Made by a program: the position numbers and the translations under genes. Under the pieces are notes generated by a model. It saw only the letters and a program-made list of their open reading frames with translations. It had not been told where the DNA came from and did not search any database. Positions 39,701 to 47,592 of a DNA stretch of 64,000 nt are shown here, one piece after another (positions within the stretch are counted from its first letter, which is position 1; each line of letters starts with the position of its first letter). The DNA is from an uncultured Enterobacterales bacterium (lineage in GTDB: Bacteria; Pseudomonadota; Gammaproteobacteria; Enterobacterales; Succinivibrionaceae): positions 499 through 64,498 of the forward strand of contig CAZYXT010000001.1 in assembly GCA_964651505.1 (NCBI GenBank), read 5' to 3'.

Positions 39701-40969
39701 ATGACAGACGAAAATAAGACTTTAAATGCGACCGATGAATCTTTGCAGCAGGGAGGGAGCAAGGGTTACCCCCTGGTGCCTGCCTTCTTTTCCATCGCCT
39801 TGGCTTGGCTTGCCGGCGCAAACACACCTCCCAAAATTGCCGAGTATCTTGATAAAAATAAAGATTTTCTGACTTCTGTCATCGAAGATTATGGCAGCTG
39901 CCCGCCGCTTGATGCCGAGCAGATACTGTACCTGCTCAAAATGGTCAGGTTGCCTTATATTGAGGAAGAATTCGACGATTACAACCCGCAGATGCCCTCT
40001 TCAATGGCAATGAGAGCTCATTCGGACGTGCAAGTTTTCTTTGACAAAGAAGCCTGTTGCGTCATTTTGGAGTTTAACGCCCCCTCTGAGCACGAGAAGT
40101 CCAATCCTTTACGCAGCTGCAAATTGTTTGACGTTGATGGCTGCACGGCAAGCTCGGATGATTTGGACGATGTTTATCTTGCCAAGAATTTAATCTGCCA
40201 TTATGCAGATTTTTGCTTTAAAATCGACAGGCCGAAAGTGAAGAAGGCAGCAGCGGCGGCATTTGACAAGCCTAAAGTGCCTCCTGCTGTTGCCAAGATT
40301 CAAATGCCGCTGCAAGATGGCAGCGTCAAAAGTCTGTGCGTAAGCGCTCTGCCCGTCTTAGCCATGAACAGGTCGAGCATTGGCGATTGGAAAGAGCATG
40401 TGCGCACGATTTTGAGGGCACAAATTACTTATGCCACAGACGGCGTCGTCACAAAGAGCGATGAGAGTTTTTATACAAGCTCCTTTCTCTTTGAAGATCC
40501 TGCCGTTGCCCAATACGCTTTGGACGCAATCAAATTTCACGAACCCAACCCGCCCCTGACAAGGGTCTATTTGCACTTTGGCCGCGACGGACTCAGAGCA
40601 AAGAATCGCAACCATGATCAAAATGCGGACGAGTTGAACATGCGCGTCAAAAGGATCTCTGATGCCGTCCGCGCCAAGCTGAAAAAAGAAAAGAAACTTG
40701 CGACCCCTTCGAGGATCCAAAATCTTTTGTCTGAAAATCCTCAAGAGGTGTTCGACCATTACGCCGACTTGCTGGTCCAATACAGAAAAGCCCAGAGTTT
40801 GTTCCTCAGATTCACAGGGCTTGACATGGATCCTGAGGATGAGGAATTTGACACAGAGCCCGAGGAATTGGAGGAGATATTTGACGTGGATCTTGAGGAT
40901 GAGGAGGAATTTGACGTGGATCCCGAGGTTGAGGAGGAGAAAGATGATGATGAAAATAATCGGATTTAG
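39701..40969 (+). CDS. Highly divergent ISAs1-family (H-repeat-associated) transposase-like protein with an acidic tandem-repeat C-terminal tail
   Basis: Segment-by-segment pattern match to the ISAs1 layout as I recall it: FFSIALAWLAGANTPPKIAEYL..DFL; VFFDKE; EHEKSN....LFDVDGCTASSDDLD; ADFCFKI; DWKEH...ESFYTSSF; IKFHEPN. GGAG RBS before ATG 39701. No database search was possible. Confidence 0.45.
   Translation: MTDENKTLNATDESLQQGGSKGYPLVPAFFSIALAWLAGANTPPKIAEYLDKNKDFLTSVIEDYGSCPPLDAEQILYLLKMVRLPYIEEEFDDYNPQMPSSMAMRAHSDVQVFFDKEACCVILEFNAPSEHEKSNPLRSCKLFDVDGCTASSDDLDDVYLAKNLICHYADFCFKIDRPKVKKAAAAAFDKPKVPPAVAKIQMPLQDGSVKSLCVSALPVLAMNRSSIGDWKEHVRTILRAQITYATDGVVTKSDESFYTSSFLFEDPAVAQYALDAIKFHEPNPPLTRVYLHFGRDGLRAKNRNHDQNADELNMRVKRISDAVRAKLKKEKKLATPSRIQNLLSENPQEVFDHYADLLVQYRKAQSLFLRFTGLDMDPEDEEFDTEPEELEEIFDVDLEDEEEFDVDPEVEEEKDDDENNRI
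40821..40940 (+). repeat. Four tandem 27-33 nt imperfect repeats (TTGAC.TGGATC.TGAGGATGAGGA...) encoding an F-D-x-[DE]-[PL]-E-x-E-E module
   Basis: Copies begin at 40821, 40848, 40881 and 40911. They lie inside the 3' end of the 39701-40969 ORF. Confidence 0.8.
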
Positions 40970-41164
40970 CGCCTCTTAAGGCAGACAGAGGGGATTGCGT
41001 CTTTTCATGCATAAATTGCGGCGATAACGTTTGCCTGCTCACAAAAGCTTGGGCGAGATCTTTAAAATCAACGAATATTGCTAGTATAATTGCGCTTTTA
41101 GTTCGCAACTTATATGCACTAAGCATTAAATTTAAAGCAATTAAGGCAAAGGCGGCCGCATACC

Positions 41165-42316
41165 ATGTCACTGAAAGTTTCTGAACAGCATCTTAGCAGC
41201 GAAGATCCTTATTTTGATGACATCAGACCCTGCCGCGATGACGAGGTGGCAGCCGAGCTTGGCAAGGTCCTGGCCGACAAGACCGTGATCGATGGGATCT
41301 TGCGCTTTCGTTTTCCCTTCTTGTCCAAATATCTGCCTTTTTTATTGAGACCTGCAATCAAGGCCAAGCTCAGGAGCAGATTAAGCTCCTGGCATACCAT
41401 TGCCGACGTGCAGCGCAGCGTGGCAGGCTTCATGCGCCACATGATTGCCACCACCACCAATGGCGCCGAGTTTAAAGGTTTTGACAAGCTTGACCCCAAG
41501 AAAGGGTATTTGTTCATTTCCAATCACCGCGACATCTCCTTGGATCCTGCTTTTGTCGATTATGCTTTGTTTGAAAGCGGCCATGAAACGGTGCGCATCG
41601 CCATCGGCGACAATTTGCTCAAGGTTCCTGCGGTAACTTCGCTGATGAGGCTCAACAAAAGCTTTATCGTCAAGCGCTCGGTCTCCTCTCCGCGCGAGAA
41701 ATTAAGGGAGATCCAAAAGCTCTCCGAATACATCGGCCTGTCAATCAAAGAGAATCACTCGGTATGGATTGCCCAGCGCGAGGGCCGCACCAAAAACGGG
41801 GACGACAAGACCGACGATACGGTGCTTAAGATGTTCTACATGCACGGGCGCGCCTTGAAGATGTCGTTTAAAGATTACATGCAGACTTTGCATATCGTGC
41901 CCGTGAGCATCACCTACGAGTATGATCCAGGAGATCTGGCCAAGGCCCGCGAACTTGATGCCAAAGAGCGCAATCACGGCGAATACCGCAAAGGACCACT
42001 TGAGGACATTCAGAGCATCGTCGACGGCATCAAGGGCTTTAAAGGCCGCATCAGGCTGACGGCAGGAGAGCCGATTGAAGACGGGTTTGAGACTCCCGAG
42101 GATCTCTCGGCGCTTATTGACAAGTTTATCTGGAGCAACTACGCTTTATTTCCCAGCACTATGCTGGCAGCAGGGGCTGAGGATGATGCCATCGACGAAG
42201 AAAGCCGCCGCTTTTTTGCCGAGCGCCTGAACTCCTACCCCGAGCAGCTCAGAGAGAGGGTGCGCAGCACCTATGCCAAGCCTTATGAAAATTATTTGAA
42301 GGCCCTAGGAAAGTAA
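41165..42316 (+). CDS. Lysophospholipid/glycerol-phosphate acyltransferase-family protein (PlsC-like)
   Basis: Acyltransferase block I (FISNHRDISLDPAF), block III-like (IAQREGRTKNGDD), and a later VPVSITYEY block. Confidence 0.6.
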   Translation: MSLKVSEQHLSSEDPYFDDIRPCRDDEVAAELGKVLADKTVIDGILRFRFPFLSKYLPFLLRPAIKAKLRSRLSSWHTIADVQRSVAGFMRHMIATTTNGAEFKGFDKLDPKKGYLFISNHRDISLDPAFVDYALFESGHETVRIAIGDNLLKVPAVTSLMRLNKSFIVKRSVSSPREKLREIQKLSEYIGLSIKENHSVWIAQREGRTKNGDDKTDDTVLKMFYMHGRALKMSFKDYMQTLHIVPVSITYEYDPGDLAKARELDAKERNHGEYRKGPLEDIQSIVDGIKGFKGRIRLTAGEPIEDGFETPEDLSALIDKFIWSNYALFPSTMLAAGAEDDAIDEESRRFFAERLNSYPEQLRERVRSTYAKPYENYLKALGK

Positions 42317-42322
42317 GCTTGT

Positions 42323-42943
42323 ATGCGTTCTTTTCATCCCATATTCAATGAAGACGGCACCATTTCCCTGTTCAGGGTCGGCTGTTTGGTGGTGCTGGCT
42401 CTGTCGGTTTTAGCCTATTTCATGTTAAAGCCCCATGACGGGGGCAATGCTTTTGCCAAAGCCGTTTTAAGCGTTGATAAGAAAAACGAGGCCTCAGGCG
42501 CCAAGGCTTGCGAAGATTACGATCTGGTGGCCGTGCGGCAGATGGCCCTTGCCGAGTTAAACGACGGGGCCGAGTTTTTCAAAGCCTGCGGCAACATCAA
42601 TTTTGGTTTTGAGGGCTGCAATTACCAATTTTCAGATAAGCTTTTATCCTTTTATATTCCCAGGGTTTACGCCGCCGATGACGGCTTTACCATCACTCTG
42701 ACGGCCAAGGGCCGGCAAAGGCTTGACGATTGCGTCAAGTTTACCGTCGATTCCATCGGCACCTTCGTGGCCTTGGACAACCGGGGATTGGAGACGGACA
42801 AGTGCCTTTGGCAAACCGCCTCGGATCATGGCGTGCTGCGCGTCACCGATGATCTGCCGGGACGTCCTGCTCCGTCGGGAGCCCACAAGGTCGTCACCAG
42901 CGTGGCCAACAGCGCCCAAAGCAGCGACGTACAGAATATCTGA
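42323..42943 (+). CDS. Membrane-anchored protein with a PilE-like type IV pilin C-terminal domain; non-canonical N terminus
   Basis: GFTITLTAKGRQRLDDCVKFTVDSIGTFVALDNRGLETDKCLWQ resembles the disulfide-bonded D-region of PilE-type pilins. The N-terminal hydrophobic segment lacks the G/FTLIE prepilin motif and Glu+5. Confidence 0.45.
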   Translation: MRSFHPIFNEDGTISLFRVGCLVVLALSVLAYFMLKPHDGGNAFAKAVLSVDKKNEASGAKACEDYDLVAVRQMALAELNDGAEFFKACGNINFGFEGCNYQFSDKLLSFYIPRVYAADDGFTITLTAKGRQRLDDCVKFTVDSIGTFVALDNRGLETDKCLWQTASDHGVLRVTDDLPGRPAPSGAHKVVTSVANSAQSSDVQNI

Positions 42944-42996
42944 GAACACAACTTTGGTCGGAAGATGCCGACTGATCATATTGCGAGGTTTTTGGA

Positions 42997-43629
42997 ATGA
43001 AGATTTCACGCAACACCGTGGCTTCCGTAAGTTTTACGGTAACCGATGAGAACGGCCAAATCGTCGGCCGCACCGATCCCAAGCACCCCGTTGAAGCCTT
43101 GATGGGGCACGGCTCCCTGGTCAAGGGCTTGGAGATGGCTTTGGACGGCCATGAAGAGGGCGACAGCTTTACCTGCACCCTCAATCCTGCCTTGGCCTAT
43201 GGGCAAATTGACGAGAGCCTCATTCAAACCATCGATCGCAGCATGTTTGGCGATTTCCCCTTGGAAGTTGGCAACGTTTTTGAGGCGGACACCTCCCGCG
43301 GCCGCGTGGGCGTGGTGGTCAAAGAGATCCGCGATGCGCAGGTGGTGGTCGACGGCAACCATCCTTTGGCAGGCAAGACCTTAACCTTTTTGGTCGAGGT
43401 AGTTTCGGTGCGCGATGCCACACAAGAGGAGATCGCGCACGGTCACGTCCATCACGGCGGTCATTGCCCCTCAGAGGAAGGTCATCACTGCTGCTGCCAT
43501 CACCACGACGGAAAGGAAGACGGGCACGCTCATCATTGCTGCCATCATCACCATGATGAAGAAGGCGAGCACGAGCATTGCTGCTGCCATCATCATGACG
43601 GTCAAGAGCCCGTAAAAGAACCCCAATAA
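42997..43629 (+). CDS. slyD: FKBP-type peptidyl-prolyl isomerase SlyD with a His/Cys-rich metal-binding tail
   Basis: MKISRNTVASVSFTVTDENGQIV...HGSLVKGLEMALDGHEEGD...LAYGQ is the SlyD FKBP + IF domain pattern. The tail is HGHVHHGGHC...HHCCCHHHDG...HHCCHHHHDEEGEHEHCCCHHHDG. Confidence 0.88.
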   Translation: MKISRNTVASVSFTVTDENGQIVGRTDPKHPVEALMGHGSLVKGLEMALDGHEEGDSFTCTLNPALAYGQIDESLIQTIDRSMFGDFPLEVGNVFEADTSRGRVGVVVKEIRDAQVVVDGNHPLAGKTLTFLVEVVSVRDATQEEIAHGHVHHGGHCPSEEGHHCCCHHHDGKEDGHAHHCCHHHHDEEGEHEHCCCHHHDGQEPVKEPQ

Positions 43630-43671
43630 GTGTCTGTCTGTTGAGGGGGCGGCGCGCCCCCCGGGTTGTCT

Positions 43672-45132
43672 ATGAAATTTATCCTGCGACTGTTTCCTGA
43701 GATCTCCATCAAATCAAAGCCGGTGCGCAACCGCTTAATCAAAAACCTCCAACAAAACATCATCAATGCCTGCAAGCATCACGGCTTTACGGCCCATGTT
43801 TATTCGCAATGGGACAAGCTTATCGTGCGCTTTGAAGAGCAAGAAGATCTAAGACTGGAAAAGGCAGTGCTTGAGCTTGAGCGCATTCCCGGCATCCATT
43901 CTTTCATGCATGTAAAAGAGTGCGATTTTAAGGATTTTGACGATCTGTTTGCCCAATGCCGCGATATCTTAGGCCCCAAGATTGCAGGGCACACCTTTGC
44001 CTTAAGGGTCAAAAGAAGAGGCAATCATCCTTTTACCTCGCAGATGGCCGAAAGGACGCTGGGCGGCATGTTTAAGGCCCATTATGAAAACAAGGGCGTG
44101 TGCCTTGGCAATCCCGAGGTCACCTTAAACATCGAAATTGACAGCGATAAAGCCTATATCATCACCGCAAAGTATCCGGGGTTGGGCGGCTATCCTTTAG
44201 GCTCGCAAGGTGAGGCCATATCCTTGCTCTCAGGCGGTTATGACAGCGCGGTGGCCGCGTTTGAGGCCTTGCGCAGGGGACTTAGGGTCAATTACATCTT
44301 CTTTAACATGGGCGGGGCGGCCCACGAGCTGGGGGTCAAGCAGGAGGCCTATTTTATCTGGGATCGCTACGGCTCCTCCCACCGGGTCAAATTCACCGCC
44401 GTGCCCTTTGAGAAAATCGTGGGGCAGATTTTGGAGCGCACCCATCACGGCGTGCGAGGGGTGATCTTAAAGCGCATGATGATGCGCGTTGCCTCCAAGA
44501 TTGCCAAACGTTACGACGTCGATGCCCTGGTTACGGGCGAGAGCGTGGGGCAGGTTTCAAGCCAGACCTTAATTAATTTAAATCACATCGACAAGGTCTC
44601 GGAGGTCTTGGTGTTAAGGCCCCTGGCCCTGACCGACAAGCAGGACATCATCGACAAGGCCCAAAGCATCGGCACAGCAGGCTTTGCCGAGAGCATGCCC
44701 GAGTATTGCGGCGTGATTTCAGATCACCCCAACGTTTGTCCCAAAGAAGCCTTTATCTTGGAGCAGGAGGCTTTGATGGACGGCAATCTGGTTAAGCTTG
44801 CCTTGCAGGAGGCGCAGACCATCGACATCAAGGACATCCCCGGTGACGCCTGCAAGATGCAAACTGAGGTCGAGGTTACATCAGATCTTGCCTACAACGA
44901 CGTGATTTTGGATGTGCGCGCTCCCGATGACGTCCTCAAAACGCCTTTGGATCCTCAGGATCACGAGTATCTGCACATTCCTTTTTACAAGGCGGCAGGG
45001 GAGTTTGCATCCTTGGATAAAATGAAAAGCTATGCGCTCTATTGCGATCAGGGCGTGATGAGTCTGATGCTTGCCAAGCAGTTAAAGCAGCAGGGCCATC
45101 ACAATGTCAAAGTTTACAGGAGTAACAAATAA
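43672..45132 (+). CDS. thiI: tRNA 4-thiouridine(8) synthase ThiI (with C-terminal rhodanese domain)
   Basis: MKFILRLFPEISIKSKPVR (THUMP region), PP-loop SGGYDS, C-terminal rhodanese-like domain (YALYCDQGVMS). Confidence 0.9.
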   Translation: MKFILRLFPEISIKSKPVRNRLIKNLQQNIINACKHHGFTAHVYSQWDKLIVRFEEQEDLRLEKAVLELERIPGIHSFMHVKECDFKDFDDLFAQCRDILGPKIAGHTFALRVKRRGNHPFTSQMAERTLGGMFKAHYENKGVCLGNPEVTLNIEIDSDKAYIITAKYPGLGGYPLGSQGEAISLLSGGYDSAVAAFEALRRGLRVNYIFFNMGGAAHELGVKQEAYFIWDRYGSSHRVKFTAVPFEKIVGQILERTHHGVRGVILKRMMMRVASKIAKRYDVDALVTGESVGQVSSQTLINLNHIDKVSEVLVLRPLALTDKQDIIDKAQSIGTAGFAESMPEYCGVISDHPNVCPKEAFILEQEALMDGNLVKLALQEAQTIDIKDIPGDACKMQTEVEVTSDLAYNDVILDVRAPDDVLKTPLDPQDHEYLHIPFYKAAGEFASLDKMKSYALYCDQGVMSLMLAKQLKQQGHHNVKVYRSNK

Positions 45133-45515
45133 TGTACGTTAAGTTTGCTCAGGCTGCCGCTGCCGCCTTGGTGCTGGCAGGCTGTCAGGGGATCAGCTTT
45201 GACAGCAATTTGAACCCAAACCGCATCGTCGAGTATTACAAGCCCTCGACGGTTGAGACTTTGAGCGATGAAGATTTGGAAAATGCCTCCTATCAATCCT
45301 TGGGACAGGTGATAGGGCTGTCCTGCCAAATCAATCCTGAGGACTTTATTGCCAATGAGACCGATGCGCGCAACGATGCCCGCCTTAAGGCGGTCGATCT
45401 GGGCGCCAACGGCATCGTCTTCAAAAAGTGCATCAGAACCGAGGAGACTCTCGCCTGCCACGAGTCGGTCACCTGCTATGCCGAAGCAATTTCACTGAAG
45501 GCTGATGAGCAATAA
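45132..45515 (+). CDS. rcsF: RcsF-like outer-membrane lipoprotein
   Basis: Lipobox LAGC. Four-cysteine pattern and LG.V.G.SCQ...AR...A...GANG....C......C....C.AEA arrangement, as in E. coli RcsF (from memory). Lies upstream of trmO, as in E. coli. Confidence 0.6.
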   Translation: MYVKFAQAAAAALVLAGCQGISFDSNLNPNRIVEYYKPSTVETLSDEDLENASYQSLGQVIGLSCQINPEDFIANETDARNDARLKAVDLGANGIVFKKCIRTEETLACHESVTCYAEAISLKADEQ

Positions 45516-46206
45516 AAGCTTTGAGGTGCCAATCATAGGCATCATGCACTCCCCTTATGCCTCAAAGTTTGCAGTGCCAAGGCAGGCCATGCTTGCCCCC
45601 AAGGTTTTAAGCACCATCTCTTTTTACCCGCCTTATGGCGATCCTCAAGCCTTCATCGGGCTTGAGGGTTTTAGTCACCTGCATGTCATTTTCATCTTTG
45701 ATAAGGCTTTAGAAGACAAGTTTCGCCCCATGGTGCGCCCGCCGCGTTTGGGCGGCAATGAGAGGGTGGGGATCTTTGCCACGCGCTCGCCTTTTCGCCC
45801 CTCGCATCTTGGGCTGTCGACAGTAAAACTCGAGAAAATCGAGCATATCAATCACAAGGTGCAATTGACGGTAAGCGGGGCCGACTTGGCAGACGGCACC
45901 CCGATTGCGGACATCAAGCCTTACATTCCTTTTGTCGATTCCATCCCCGATGCCCGCTGCGGCTATGCCAAGGCCCCTCCGCCCGTAAAAGAGGTGGTTT
46001 TTGCGCCCGGGGTTTACGAGCTGCTCTCAAATCTCATCCCCTCAAACTTGGAGGCATTGATTCAGATCCTCTCTCAAGATCCGCGTCCTGCCTACAAGGC
46101 CTTAAAGGACGATCAGAAGATCTATCATGCCTCGTTGTTCGGCCTTGATATAATGTTCAAAGCCGATGAGCGGCAGGTACAAGTTACAGGCGCAGCCTTG
46201 CTTTGA
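45505..46206 (+). CDS. trmO: tRNA (m6t6A37) methyltransferase TrmO (TsaA/YaeB family)
   Basis: GIMHSPYASKFAVPRQ, GIFATRSPFRPSHLGLS, DGTPIADIKPY motifs of the YaeB family. Confidence 0.85.
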   Translation: MSNKSFEVPIIGIMHSPYASKFAVPRQAMLAPKVLSTISFYPPYGDPQAFIGLEGFSHLHVIFIFDKALEDKFRPMVRPPRLGGNERVGIFATRSPFRPSHLGLSTVKLEKIEHINHKVQLTVSGADLADGTPIADIKPYIPFVDSIPDARCGYAKAPPPVKEVVFAPGVYELLSNLIPSNLEALIQILSQDPRPAYKALKDDQKIYHASLFGLDIMFKADERQVQVTGAALL

Positions 46207-46217
46207 GGATAATGATT

Positions 46218-47513
46218 ATGAAAAAGCGCTACACTCACGTGCTGTTTGACCTTGACGGCACGGTGTATGACTCCTATGAGGCCAATTTCCTGTCGTTTCA
46301 GGCGGTGATGGGGCGCCAATACCCTCAGATCAAATGCGAAGATCAAGATTTTGCCCCGCTGTTCGGAGTGCCGGGCCTCAAATGCCTGCAAGCCTTCGGG
46401 GTTCCCGAGGATGACTGCCCGCGCATGATGCAGCTTTGGATAAAAGAGATCGTAAAATATGTCTCTGCGGTCAGGCTTTTTCCCCATATTTTGTCCGTTT
46501 TGGAGTTTTTCAGGCAAAACGGCGTGAAACTTGGCATCATCACATCCCGCGCCCGCTCCGATGCCATGGCAGGCACCTTGGGCGATCCCTGCCCGCCTGA
46601 GCTTGAGCCGTATTTTGACTTTGTCGTCTGCGCCTCGGATGTGGCAAGGCCCAAGCCTGCTCCCGATTCGATTTTAAAATACATGCAGCTTTCAGGGGCG
46701 AAGGCCGCCGAGATCTTGTTTGTAGGCGACGCCCTGACGGATTGGCAGTGCGCCCGCTCAAGCGGTGTTGATTTTGCCCTGGCCTTGTGGGGCGCGAAAT
46801 TTGCCGATCACGTGCGCTGCGAGCATTATGCTCTCACCCCCTATGATCTCATCATGATAGCAGGAGGCGCCTTGCAGGGGGAGGATGAACAATGGTTCAA
46901 GTGGGCCCGCGAATTGCAGGCCATAGGACAGATCGGCCTTGCCTACAGCAAAAATGTCTTTGACAAAGAAAGATTCGAGCGCCTGCGCGACATTGCCTGC
47001 GAGATCATGTGTTTGAAAACCTTGGCGCAAAAAGAAGAGGTCAAAGGGTGTTTTTGCTTTGACAGAGGCTACATCACCCCCAAGATTGACACCCGCGCGG
47101 CCGTCTTTAACGAAGAGGGCAAGATCCTGATGGTCAAAGAGCGCCAAAGCGGGCTGTGGAACATGCCGGGCGGCTGGTGCGAGGAGAACAGCACCATCAT
47201 CAAAAACACCGTCAAAGAGGTTCGCGAGGAGGCAGGTCTGAGCGTGCATGTCACAAAGCTCATTGCCATCGTCGACCGCAATGCCCACAACAGGCCGCGC
47301 CTGATGTACGGGGCCTTAAAGACCTTTTGCCTGTGCCAAATGCAAAAAGACCCTCAGCCTTTTTTGGAAAACTCAGAAACCTTGGAGCGAGGCTGGTTTG
47401 CCTTAGATGAGCTTCCGCAAAATTTGCGGCTTGATACCAATACCCCCGGGCAGATTGCCATGTGCTTTGAGGCCTATAAACATCAGGATAATTGGGAGTG
47501 CGTGCTCGAGTAG
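46218..47513 (+). CDS. Fusion protein: HAD-superfamily phosphatase (N) + NUDIX hydrolase (C)
   Basis: HAD motif I VLFDLDGTVYDS, motif III/IV (FVGDALTDWQCARSSG). Then the helical pre-domain seen in some Nudix proteins (WARELQAIGQIGLAYSKNVFDKERFERLRDIA). Then a Nudix box GGWCEENSTIIKNTVKEVREEAGLSV. Confidence 0.8.
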   Translation: MKKRYTHVLFDLDGTVYDSYEANFLSFQAVMGRQYPQIKCEDQDFAPLFGVPGLKCLQAFGVPEDDCPRMMQLWIKEIVKYVSAVRLFPHILSVLEFFRQNGVKLGIITSRARSDAMAGTLGDPCPPELEPYFDFVVCASDVARPKPAPDSILKYMQLSGAKAAEILFVGDALTDWQCARSSGVDFALALWGAKFADHVRCEHYALTPYDLIMIAGGALQGEDEQWFKWARELQAIGQIGLAYSKNVFDKERFERLRDIACEIMCLKTLAQKEEVKGCFCFDRGYITPKIDTRAAVFNEEGKILMVKERQSGLWNMPGGWCEENSTIIKNTVKEVREEAGLSVHVTKLIAIVDRNAHNRPRLMYGALKTFCLCQMQKDPQPFLENSETLERGWFALDELPQNLRLDTNTPGQIAMCFEAYKHQDNWECVLE

Positions 47514-47592
47514 GGGGAGGGGGCGCCGTTATAAGATAAAAGATAAAGCTGACTTAAAGCAGGCTGAAATTGCATAATCATTAGGAGCAAAC

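Noticed and set aside
40821-40940. Tandem repeats considered as a possible CRISPR-like or minisatellite array
   Set aside because: The repeats are contiguous with no spacers, are in frame, and lie inside an ORF. No cas genes are present. This is a coding repeat, not a CRISPR array.
43644-43662. GC-rich palindrome GGGGGCGGCGCGCCCCC after slyD, considered as a terminator
   Set aside because: No T-run follows it, and the thiI start is only about 10 nt downstream. It could slow transcription but cannot be called an intrinsic terminator.
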